NCBI GenBank assembly: GCA_964615185.1
Contig: CAZTOS010000006.1
Location: forward strand, 1-48,836
Reading direction: 5' to 3'
DNA from: an uncultured Thermococci archaeon
Lineage (GTDB): Archaea > Methanobacteriota_B > Thermococci > Thermococcales > Thermococcaceae
DNA length: 48,836 bases
A program made the translations under genes and the position numbers. Below, one piece after another: positions 10,897 through 19,067 of the stretch (position 1 is its first letter; each line of letters opens with the position of its first letter). A model generated the notes under the pieces. The model worked only from the letters and a program-made list of their open reading frames with translations. It did no database searches and was not told the DNA's origin.

Positions 10897-12978
10897 TCAC
10901 CTCTTCATTTCCCTGTAGCTTATTCCATAGAACTTGTTAAAGAGTCTCTCCGCCGTGGCATTGAAATCAATATCCTTCAATTTATCTGGGTAGCAACACT
11001 CAGCTAATGCGATAATCCTCAGTGGAATACCTGCTGGCTCCCAGCCTCCAAATCCTTTCTCGACATATCCTCTAAGGTCGCATATCTTCCTTTCTTTAAC
11101 TGCTTTTAAATCCTGCCAGGCTGGATCATTGTATAGGCTTTCTGGTGAGGGCTCTTTCATATGCCTGTAAAACAGGATTATGACATCGGGATTTAACGTA
11201 TAAAGTTGTTCCAAGCTTACTTTTGGGTATTTCTGTGAGAAATTCTCCGTTACTGGAATTGCATTTATCATTTGTAAAATCTGCGTGTTAATGCCTCCTT
11301 TTCCTTCACTTACCATCATATTGTCTTTGATTTCATAGGTTAGGAACACCCTGACTTTTTCATCTGAAATCTCTGAAGTGCGTGATGTAACTTCCTCAAT
11401 TTCCTCCTTTACGCTGTTTACTATTTCCTTTGCCTCCTCTTCTTTATTGAATATCTCTCCGAAAAGTTTGATTCCATTGTAGAAATCATCTATTGTTTTA
11501 AAGTCTATGGCTATAACTGGAATACCTGTAGCTTCCTCGATGTGTTGTATCTTATCAATATCAGCCTTACCGTATGCCCACACGATGACACAGTCAGGGT
11601 TAAGAGCCTCCAGCATCTCCAGATCCACTCCTGACCATAAACTTCCAAGGTTTGGCATATCCTTGGGAATCTTTCCTTTCTCCATTAATACCTGAATGGT
11701 CGGATTTTTCCAGTGATACTTGCCTACGCCAACGACATGATCATATGCACCAAGTGCATATATGATAAGCTCATAATATGAGTTCAAAACAACAGCCCTC
11801 ACGCCTCTTTTTGGTATTTTTACCTCCCTTCCGAGTGAGTCTCTGATGGTTTTATAGAAACTTTCACCATAGAACTGCTGTAAAAGCTCATCAGCCAATT
11901 TCTGCCATTTTGGATAGTACTCAGGATAAATTAGTCCACCCATTTGATAGACTCCCACGACTATCCTTGGTCCCCAATCCAAGAACCCTTTAGAACCAGC
12001 TAAAATTCCGTAAACATGCCCTTCTTTCACAGCCTTAATCTCTCTCCATCTTGGGTCATTCTTTATGCCGTTTATGACTTTATCGAGCTTTTTCTGGCTG
12101 AATGAAACAACTATTATAACATCAGCCTTGTCTCCCCAGTAGGCTATTATCTTCTCCAAGTCAAGCTTCGGCCACGGGGTGTCAAACTCCTTGTCAAAAG
12201 CCAAGTTGTGAGCACCGACGAGCTCTACCATGCTCGCCCATGCGCTTCCTTTGGCATAAACAGTGATTGGACCGCCTATATCTTTCGGAGCGCTTATAAG
12301 AAGAACGTTATTTTTCTTATCTGCTGGAATCTGACTGGCTATTTTGTTGACCTCATCCAGCTTTTCCTTCATCCAGCTTGCAAGTTCCTCAGCTTTCTCC
12401 TCTTTTCCTAAAACTTTTCCCAAGAGCTCAACAACCTTAATATTATCCCCAACACTCTTTGCACTCAGGGCTATGACAGGTATCCCGAGCTCTTCAGCTT
12501 TCTTAATCGTCTCAGCGTCTTTGTACTTTCCTCCATACCAGTCCACGATTATCAAATCTGGATTCAAGCTTGCAACAGTTTCCCAGTTCAAGCCTTTGAA
12601 TGTGCTTCCCACAACAGTTTTCTTTTTGACATCATCTGGAATGTACGGATCGTAAGGGATGTACTTTCCAATACCTACAATCTTATCTTGAACCCCAAGG
12701 ATACACAAAATTTCGGCCCAGTAACTGGAGAGCACTACAACTCTCTCTGGTGGCTTTTCTATTGTTACAGTTCTCCCAGCAAGGTCTGTAAGTGTTATCG
12801 GATACTTAGCTTTGCTTGTAGTTGTTTCAGGTTTCTGTTCCTGAATGCCTTGAGTAGTGGAGGATTTAGTCGTGACCTTGCTTGTTGTTCCTGTCTGGTA
12901 GTTTTGACTTATACACCCAACACTGAAAACTAAAACTGACAGCACAAGCAAAGCCAAAAATTTCTTGCTACTCTTCAT
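10897..12978 (-). CDS. Lipoprotein ABC substrate-binding protein with two tandem FepB/BtuF-type (class III) domains
   Basis: Lipobox-like VGC and a Thr-rich linker. Two repeats begin ITLTDLAGRTVTIEKPPERVV and TIRDSLGREVKIPKRGVRAVV, each with a later W..(I/L)KAVKE motif. ATG 12978 follows GGTGA; alternative start 12987. Confidence 0.88.
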   Translation of the reverse strand: MKSSKKFLALLVLSVLVFSVGCISQNYQTGTTSKVTTKSSTTQGIQEQKPETTTSKAKYPITLTDLAGRTVTIEKPPERVVVLSSYWAEILCILGVQDKIVGIGKYIPYDPYIPDDVKKKTVVGSTFKGLNWETVASLNPDLIIVDWYGGKYKDAETIKKAEELGIPVIALSAKSVGDNIKVVELLGKVLGKEEKAEELASWMKEKLDEVNKIASQIPADKKNNVLLISAPKDIGGPITVYAKGSAWASMVELVGAHNLAFDKEFDTPWPKLDLEKIIAYWGDKADVIIVVSFSQKKLDKVINGIKNDPRWREIKAVKEGHVYGILAGSKGFLDWGPRIVVGVYQMGGLIYPEYYPKWQKLADELLQQFYGESFYKTIRDSLGREVKIPKRGVRAVVLNSYYELIIYALGAYDHVVGVGKYHWKNPTIQVLMEKGKIPKDMPNLGSLWSGVDLEMLEALNPDCVIVWAYGKADIDKIQHIEEATGIPVIAIDFKTIDDFYNGIKLFGEIFNKEEEAKEIVNSVKEEIEEVTSRTSEISDEKVRVFLTYEIKDNMMVSEGKGGINTQILQMINAIPVTENFSQKYPKVSLEQLYTLNPDVIILFYRHMKEPSPESLYNDPAWQDLKAVKERKICDLRGYVEKGFGGWEPAGIPLRIIALAECCYPDKLKDIDFNATAERLFNKFYGISYREMKR

Positions 12979-12996
12979 AAATTTCACCCACCATTT

Positions 12997-13024
12997 GTGC
13001 TACTGATTTTAGATTTCGTATTAT
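12997..13024. promoter_or_regulatory. Putative NikR-type operator GTGCTA-N16-TATTAT in the leader of the ABC/chelatase operon
   Basis: Imperfect inverted repeat with 16-bp AT-rich spacer, resembling the NikR architecture GTATGA-N16-TCATAC. Lies between a minus-strand TATA-like element (~13046-13056) and the start codon. Confidence 0.4.
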
Positions 13025-13207
13025 CAAATGGGAATTAAAATGCCAATTTTTAACGCTTTTCAAAACGGTAGGTGTATAACATAAGGTTAAAAATAATCCA
13101 AAAAGCTTCTTTAAGCTTCTGCACAAATCTAAGAATTGGGATTAATCTAGAGAAATACTAAGATACTCACAGCATCTAAATTCCAAAAACAAGGCTCCAT
13201 ATTACTA

Positions 13208-13630
13208 TCATTCATCTTTTCTGGCATATTCTATTGTTGAGAGATATTTCACGTACTCCATTGTCTTCTTGGGGTTGAGTATTTCCCTTAATAGGTTCTG
13301 GAAGTAGTTGTTCTTGTCATAAGCAACTTCATAGTTAACTGCAACGTCCAAGTAAGAGGGGTGAAAGTTCTCTGCTTCTTCCTTTGTGTAGAGCTCAAAA
13401 GCTATGAAATACCCAAACTTGTCCTCAATAGGCCCTTTAACGTTCTCTATGAACTCAGCAACTCTGTTAACTTTCACTGAATCAGTAGGCTTATCTATAA
13501 TCACCAAAACATCAATCTCATCAAGCTTTCCTTTCAAGTGTGCACCATAAAAGACTACAGAGAGTAAATTATCCCCGTAGAATTCTCTGAGCCTCTTAAA
13601 AAGTGCCCTTTTTGCTTCTTCAATGCTCAT
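13208..13630 (-). CDS. Minimal nucleotidyltransferase (MNT) domain protein
   Basis: LLSVVFYGAHLKG...DEIDVLVI resembles the G-S...D-x-D motif; 140 aa. Confidence 0.75.
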   Translation of the reverse strand: MSIEEAKRALFKRLREFYGDNLLSVVFYGAHLKGKLDEIDVLVIIDKPTDSVKVNRVAEFIENVKGPIEDKFGYFIAFELYTKEEAENFHPSYLDVAVNYEVAYDKNNYFQNLLREILNPKKTMEYVKYLSTIEYARKDE

Positions 13631-13646
13631 GCTTTCACCTCTGCAA

Positions 13647-14012
13647 CTGACCTCCTCCCCTTTGCGAGGGTTCGGCTTAACTCCCTCGCTAATGACGGGA
13701 GGTTTGCGGGCTCATCACCATGAGGTTCAGCCTGCAGGCCCGGTCTAAGGCCCATTACCCCTACCGCAGGACGGCTCAGGGTTATCGCTTAGAGGCCATC
13801 CTTAGAGTTTTCAACCGCTCGAAGGCGGTTTTTGAAAGGACGCTTAACAGCGTCAACCCTCCAATGCTGGAGGGTAACATGAAACCCCTCATCTCATTGG
13901 GTTGTTCTTTGGTGGCCTCTTCGAGGCCTTACTACGTTCAAGAGTTTAAAAGGGTTTCTATTCGAATGCCGATTTTAGAATCACTGCATCCCCGCCCCGA
14001 GGCTTTCACGAG
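13647..14012 (-). mobile_element. Non-autonomous IS200/IS605(tnpB)-derived element, copy 1, with internal promoter and structured-RNA body
   Basis: Minus strand begins GAAAGCCTCGGGGCGGGGATGCAG, carries AAACCCTTTTAAA (13945-13957), and ends GAACCCTCGCAAAGGGGAGGAGGTCAG. Homologous to 21028-21291 and 28704-29060; a 64-bp block is identical to copy 3. No credible ORF. Confidence 0.8.
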
Positions 14013-14074
14013 GTAAAAACCAGTCATGAAGACTTTAAGTTTTTGGTTACCCTCAAAAATACAGCTTAGATAAG

Positions 14075-14091
14075 GTTTCAAACACAAAGTT
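14075..14091 (+). promoter_or_regulatory. SurR box GTT-N3-AAC-N5-GTT upstream of hypCD
   Basis: GTTTCAAACACAAAGTT matches the Thermococcales SurR long motif exactly and abuts the BRE/TATA AAAGTTTTAAAA. Confidence 0.75.
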
Positions 14092-14140
14092 TTAAAAACA
14101 CGTATAAAGCCCGTTCACTAACAAAGAGTGGGTGGGGAAT

Positions 14141-14365
14141 ATGTGTTTAGCAGTCCCAGCTAAGGTTCTTGAAATTAATGGAAAAGTTGCAATTGTTGAT
14201 TTCGGTGGCGTAAAGAGAGAGGCACGGCTTGATCTACTTCCTGATGTTAAAATTGGCGATTATGTGATTGTGCACACGGGGTTTGCAATAGAAAAGTTAG
14301 ATGATAAAACCGCAAAGGAGATTCTGCAGGCATGGGAAGAAGTTCTAAAAGTATTGGAGGAGTGA
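14141..14365 (+). CDS. hypC: [NiFe]-hydrogenase maturation chaperone HypC
   Basis: MCLAVPAKV...VDFGGVKRE...GDYVIVHTGFAI. The N-terminal Met-Cys places the start at 14141. Confidence 0.96.
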   Translation: MCLAVPAKVLEINGKVAIVDFGGVKREARLDLLPDVKIGDYVIVHTGFAIEKLDDKTAKEILQAWEEVLKVLEE

Positions 14366-14367
14366 AC

Positions 14368-15480
14368 ATGGAAGCCTTTAGCGTTTTTAGGGACAAAGAA
14401 CTTGCTCAAAAGATAACAAGACTCATTCACAAGGAGGCTGAAAAAATAGGAAGGACAGTTAAGCTCATGCACGTCTGCGGAACCCATGAGGATACGGTAA
14501 CAAGGAGCGGAATCCGCTCGCTCCTGCCAGAAAACGTTAAAATCGTCAGCGGGCCTGGGTGTCCCGTCTGCATAACCCCAGTTGAGGACATCGTGAAGAT
14601 GCAAGAGATAATGAGGAAAGCCTACAAGGAAGGGGAGAGAATAATTCTAACGACATTTGGCGACATGTATAAAATTCCCACGCCAAGAGGAAGTTTTGCT
14701 GACTTGAAAAGTGAAGGATATGACGTTAGGATAGTCTATTCAATTTATGACGCATACAAAATTGCCAAAAACAATCCAGACAAACTGGTTGTTCATTTCT
14801 CTCCGGGCTTTGAGACCACAACTGCTCCAACTGCTGGAATGCTTAATGCAGCTGTCGAGGAAAATGTGGAGAACTTTAAGATTTATTCTGTCCACCGATT
14901 AACACCTCCCGCTGTTGAAGCTCTCGTAAAGCAGGGAACAGCCTTCAACGGACTCATTACCCCCGGTCATGTTTCCACAATAATAGGAGTTAAGGGCTGG
15001 GAGTACATTACGAAGGAGTATGGAATCCCCCAAGTTATTGCTGGCTTTGAACCCGTTGACGTGTTGATGGGAATCTTAATGCTTCTGAGAATGATAAGGA
15101 AGGGGGAGGTAAAAATAGAGAACGAATACACGAGAGCCGTAAAATATGAAGGAAATGTTGAAGCCCAAAAGTTGATAAATAAGTTCTTTGAAGTTGTAGA
15201 TGCAAAATGGAGAGCCTTAGGAGTGATTCCAAAGAGCGGGCTTGAGCTTAAAGATGAATACAAAAACCTGGAAATAAGAACTTATTATGACGTTGAAGTT
15301 CCTAAGTTGCCTGACTTGGAGAAAGGGTGCCTTTGCGGCGCAATACTCCGCGGATTAGCGTTACCCCCCCAATGTCCTCACTTTGGAAAGACCTGCACTC
15401 CAAGAAATCCAGTTGGACCGTGTATGGTTTCATATGAAGGAACATGTCACATTTTCTATAAGTATGGGGCCTTGTTCTAA
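14368..15480 (+). CDS. hypD: [NiFe]-hydrogenase maturation protein HypD
   Basis: CGTHE, GPGCPVC, GFETT and PGHVS motifs, plus the C-terminal Cys cluster and GPCMVSYEGTC. Confidence 0.97.
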   Translation: MEAFSVFRDKELAQKITRLIHKEAEKIGRTVKLMHVCGTHEDTVTRSGIRSLLPENVKIVSGPGCPVCITPVEDIVKMQEIMRKAYKEGERIILTTFGDMYKIPTPRGSFADLKSEGYDVRIVYSIYDAYKIAKNNPDKLVVHFSPGFETTTAPTAGMLNAAVEENVENFKIYSVHRLTPPAVEALVKQGTAFNGLITPGHVSTIIGVKGWEYITKEYGIPQVIAGFEPVDVLMGILMLLRMIRKGEVKIENEYTRAVKYEGNVEAQKLINKFFEVVDAKWRALGVIPKSGLELKDEYKNLEIRTYYDVEVPKLPDLEKGCLCGAILRGLALPPQCPHFGKTCTPRNPVGPCMVSYEGTCHIFYKYGALF

Positions 15481-15508
15481 TCCCCATTTTTAGTTGAAAA
15501 TTAAAGAG

Positions 15509-16411
15509 CTATACTAAAAGATCACCATCTTCAACATTTATTGTTTCTGGAGTTCTCCAGATAAATGCTCCTTTGCCTTTCAAAACTCGTTTCCTCATGG
15601 CACCTGGGGGAACACCATTTGACTCATATATTAGACTCTGAATATCTGGATCGGTATACAGCATAAGCGTTGGCCCTGAGATGTTGAGGATTGACTCAAT
15701 AGCATATCTTGTTGCCAGTGCCGTTGCCCTTCCTCTCATTGGCTGAGTTAAGAGCGGGATAGCAGCGCTTCCAGCAGGGGTGTACGCCAAAACTGCCGCA
15801 TCATCCAAACCTATGAAAATGTGCCTCCTTTTCCTTACAACTGCCGCAACAATAAGAAATGCCATACCAACAATTGTGATGCTGTGTGCATCACTGAGAT
15901 CTACAAGAATGGAATTTCCAAAATTGGGAGTGCTTCCCTGAAAGAAAGTCTCATCAAGAGAGGTATAACTTTCCTTAATAACCTCTGCATATTTCTCTTC
16001 AGCTGATGCTGCTTGAGGCACACTCTCAATTTTGCCGAACAAAACATCAGCATAAAGCTTTTCCGTTAGACTCCTGTCCAGCTCATAGATTGTTTGAACT
16101 ATTGTTACTGCCGTATATGGATCATCTATTATTCCTTCCTTAGCCATTTTTATTGGGTCAAGACCAGTGGGTTTTCCATCTTCAATTTTTATTATGCTCT
16201 CAAAGCCTTCCTTTGGATAATCACCTGTAGTATCAAAGATTACTATTCCATAATCCTTTTCAAGGTATTTATCTGCCAAGTACTTTATCATTTTTGTTGG
16301 ATCATTATCAATACCAAATATCTTCAGTGTTCTGCCGTGATAAACCGGATCATAATAGATTATCTGCTCCACTCCTTTAAGCAGTTCAACAGCAAGTTTG
16401 CTATATTTCAC
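15509..16411 (-). CDS. Hypothetical protein with degenerate HerA/VirB4-like P-loop fold
   Basis: YYDP...LKIFG(IDNDPTK)...IVIFDTTGDY...GLDPI...IFIGLDDA follows the HerA/VirB4 motif order without GxGKS. Likely GTG start at 16411 behind GGTGA. Confidence 0.55.
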   Translation of the reverse strand: MKYSKLAVELLKGVEQIIYYDPVYHGRTLKIFGIDNDPTKMIKYLADKYLEKDYGIVIFDTTGDYPKEGFESIIKIEDGKPTGLDPIKMAKEGIIDDPYTAVTIVQTIYELDRSLTEKLYADVLFGKIESVPQAASAEEKYAEVIKESYTSLDETFFQGSTPNFGNSILVDLSDAHSITIVGMAFLIVAAVVRKRRHIFIGLDDAAVLAYTPAGSAAIPLLTQPMRGRATALATRYAIESILNISGPTLMLYTDPDIQSLIYESNGVPPGAMRKRVLKGKGAFIWRTPETINVEDGDLLV

Positions 16412-16483
16412 ACAGATCACCATTTTAACTATGCACTTCATGATATAAACGGATATCGGTACATTCATCTTTTGGAGGGAGGA

Positions 16484-17611
16484 TTACAGAACTTTTACAA
16501 TTCGTTCTTTCCATGGACCTATCCTGACCCTAATATATCCCCTAAATCTTTTGTCAACTTCCCTGTCACCTGTATACACCCTTATTGGCTTTTCTACTTT
16601 TGATGGAGTTGCAACGACAATGATGTTTTCCTTTGGAATGTGCCTAAGAACATCTGCAGAGAACTGCTGGTTGCCCCTTCCAAAGAGAAAATTAACACCC
16701 CCCACAACTGTGACAATTATTTTTGGGTTTTTATCAATGAACTTCAGCAAATCCCTTTCTTGAGCATCTTTGACCAAAAGCTTAGCCCTCCCGTCTTTAA
16801 TTTCAACGAGGTCAACCCCCAAAAGAGTTCCATCAATGCCAAGCTTATCCTTAATCCTCTTTATTGTTGAACCTGCTCCCAAGAAGTAGATTCCATCTTC
16901 CAGCTCTTCAACAATAGCTTCAGCCAAAACTTCAAGCTCCTCACTTTCATCAACGTTTGTTGGCTCTTTGGAGCCCTGAACTAAGGTTTCAAGATAAGGA
17001 GTTAGTGCTGTGCCATAAAGCTTGGCTTTTATCTCATCATGTCTGTAAGCGTTTTCATCCAAATCTAAAATTTCACGTTCAACAATTCGAGCATTTCCTT
17101 TAAGGAATTCAACTAACAGCTTAGCAGCATCTTCTGGAGATGAAGCAAAAACTCCTGAAAACATCTTTACTCCCGTTGGAATTCCAAGGATTGGGACTTT
17201 CCTATTAACTGCCGAATATACATCCCTCGCAGTTCCATCTCCCCCTGCAAAAATCAAAATATCAACTTTATCTGCCATCAACTTTGCTAAAGTTTTTGTG
17301 TCTTCACCTGTGGTGTCAGGAATCCTAACTCCAAAAATCTCCTTATAACCAATTTCTCTGTGCTTGAGGACCTGATAAGAAAAATTAAATCCTCTGAGGG
17401 CATATTCACCAAGCTCTTTAGGGCCTGTGAAGAATTCTATGTCCTTAGATTCACCGCAATGTGAAAGCTCACTTAAAAAGAGCTTAGCCAAATCTAATGC
17501 TATCGGCTTAGCTCCTCTTCTTATCGCTTCTTCGACAACTCCATCCGTGCCTTTTAAGGCAACTTTTCCTCCCATTCCAGCTATCGGGTTTACTATTAAA
17601 CCTATCCTCAT
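16484..17611 (-). CDS. ATP-NAD kinase-like protein (COG3199 type)
   Basis: IVNPIAGMGG.VALKGTDG, GGDGTARD, GIPTGVKMFSGVFA and FLFGRGNQQ motifs. Confidence 0.85.
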   Translation of the reverse strand: MRIGLIVNPIAGMGGKVALKGTDGVVEEAIRRGAKPIALDLAKLFLSELSHCGESKDIEFFTGPKELGEYALRGFNFSYQVLKHREIGYKEIFGVRIPDTTGEDTKTLAKLMADKVDILIFAGGDGTARDVYSAVNRKVPILGIPTGVKMFSGVFASSPEDAAKLLVEFLKGNARIVEREILDLDENAYRHDEIKAKLYGTALTPYLETLVQGSKEPTNVDESEELEVLAEAIVEELEDGIYFLGAGSTIKRIKDKLGIDGTLLGVDLVEIKDGRAKLLVKDAQERDLLKFIDKNPKIIVTVVGGVNFLFGRGNQQFSADVLRHIPKENIIVVATPSKVEKPIRVYTGDREVDKRFRGYIRVRIGPWKERIVKVL

Positions 17612-17615
17612 TTTT

Positions 17616-19067
17616 TCACCTCATATATCTCCTTGCAAAAACTGTTAACAGCACCGCCCACATGAACATTCCAAATATAGCTTCACCAGAAGCCAGAACT
17701 CTTCCAATTCCAACCGGATGCAGATCTCCATAACCAAGTGTTGTTGCAGTAACCATGCTGAAGTACACATAATCCAAAAAAGACTTCAAAGGAACTCCAC
17801 TTCCCTCAACACTTTTTGTAATGTAAAAGAGTATCGGGAATATTATATTCACGGTGATAATCCAGATTACAATTGGTCTCTTCCAAGTGGTTCCATATTT
17901 GCATGTTAAATCAGCCAGAAGCAACTCAACATAAGGTTCGAGCAGAAAAATTTTTCTTTTTCCTTTTCTGTATGCCATCATGCGTTGCTTTCTCTTTGCA
18001 ACCATCTCCTTATAATAATATTCATCAGCCTTATCTTTATCTCCTCCCTTTTCCCATGAAGTTCTGGCTAACCGATAGAAAATTTCCTCAATATGAGGAT
18101 TATTAAATTGACACTCCTCCAGAAGTATAAAGCCTTCAACATCCAACTCCGCCACAAGATTAGGTAGAACAGTTAGATTCCAAGTGACATCACTGTAGAA
18201 GCGGACTTTCCGAAAAATTATATTGTTCAGAATTTTGACGTGAACGAACTCCGGTAACTTAATCTTACTTTGAGTTACTTGGACATGACCTGGAATCTCA
18301 AGGTTCTCCATTAACATCTGCCCATCAAATCCTCTAATTAAAATCCTGACCTGTCGTTTAAATCGTGGATTCTCATCAAAGTGAACTCCCCTTAATACAA
18401 GTATCTCAGCTTTAGCATGCTTCCTTGAAGTTTCATTAATTTTAATTCCATGCTCCTCAAGAATTCGTTTTAAAAGGGGGTATCTTGAGTTAATTCCAAT
18501 CCTCCTAACACCACTTAAATTGGTGAGCTCAATTCTCCCATAGGCTTTGCTTCTTTCCCCGTATTCTTCCTCACTTGGTATCTCCTTACCCCGGACATAA
18601 TGGAAAGAATTCATCATTATATATCTGATTTCACTGTTTTTAAGATAAAGAGATCCAGAAAAATTAATTCTAAGCACGTTAACCCCGAATATTGTAGATT
18701 TTGCCACCATAAGAGTTTTTAAAGAGGTTTCAAGTATGATTACCCTTTCAATTGATGAACCATAGATAGTAAGTCCACCGATGTCTGAATTGTCTATTAT
18801 GAGGGTTTTTATTTTTGAATTCTTAAAGACTATCGTCTGCTCGCTTTTAAGGTCTGAAATCCGAACATCATAAAGATAAACGCCCTCAAAATAGGTAATC
18901 CCTCTCCTTATTTTTTTGAGGAAAGCTTTTTTCTTTATCTCTTTGATTTTCTCCCCATATAAGAGCTCGCCCTCATCATAAGGAATATGAAGTGAGCAGA
19001 AATTGGAGCCTTTAAGGGGCTTTGTCCTGCATTTCTGACCATTCTCATATACATATTCACACATCAT
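17616..19067 (-). CDS. Potassium-channel-family protein (2-TM pore at C-terminus) with long repetitive beta-type N-terminal region
   Basis: YFSMVTATTLGYGD pore filter flanked by two hydrophobic helices; N-terminal C-x8-C-x10-C-xx-H. Confidence 0.82.
   Translation of the reverse strand: MMCEYVYENGQKCRTKPLKGSNFCSLHIPYDEGELLYGEKIKEIKKKAFLKKIRRGITYFEGVYLYDVRISDLKSEQTIVFKNSKIKTLIIDNSDIGGLTIYGSSIERVIILETSLKTLMVAKSTIFGVNVLRINFSGSLYLKNSEIRYIMMNSFHYVRGKEIPSEEEYGERSKAYGRIELTNLSGVRRIGINSRYPLLKRILEEHGIKINETSRKHAKAEILVLRGVHFDENPRFKRQVRILIRGFDGQMLMENLEIPGHVQVTQSKIKLPEFVHVKILNNIIFRKVRFYSDVTWNLTVLPNLVAELDVEGFILLEECQFNNPHIEEIFYRLARTSWEKGGDKDKADEYYYKEMVAKRKQRMMAYRKGKRKIFLLEPYVELLLADLTCKYGTTWKRPIVIWIITVNIIFPILFYITKSVEGSGVPLKSFLDYVYFSMVTATTLGYGDLHPVGIGRVLASGEAIFGMFMWAVLLTVFARRYMR

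Noticed and set aside
12990..13200. Cobalamin riboswitch ahead of the Btu-like transporter
   Set aside because: The leader is short and AT-rich, with no B12-box or GC-rich stems.
13720..14016. 98-aa plus-strand ORF (and the similar 62-aa ORF at 28769-28957) as transposase fragments
   Set aside because: They lie antisense within the GC-rich repeat, the frames are not preserved between copies, and they have no TnpA (HUH/Y1) or TnpB (RuvC, Zn-finger) motifs.
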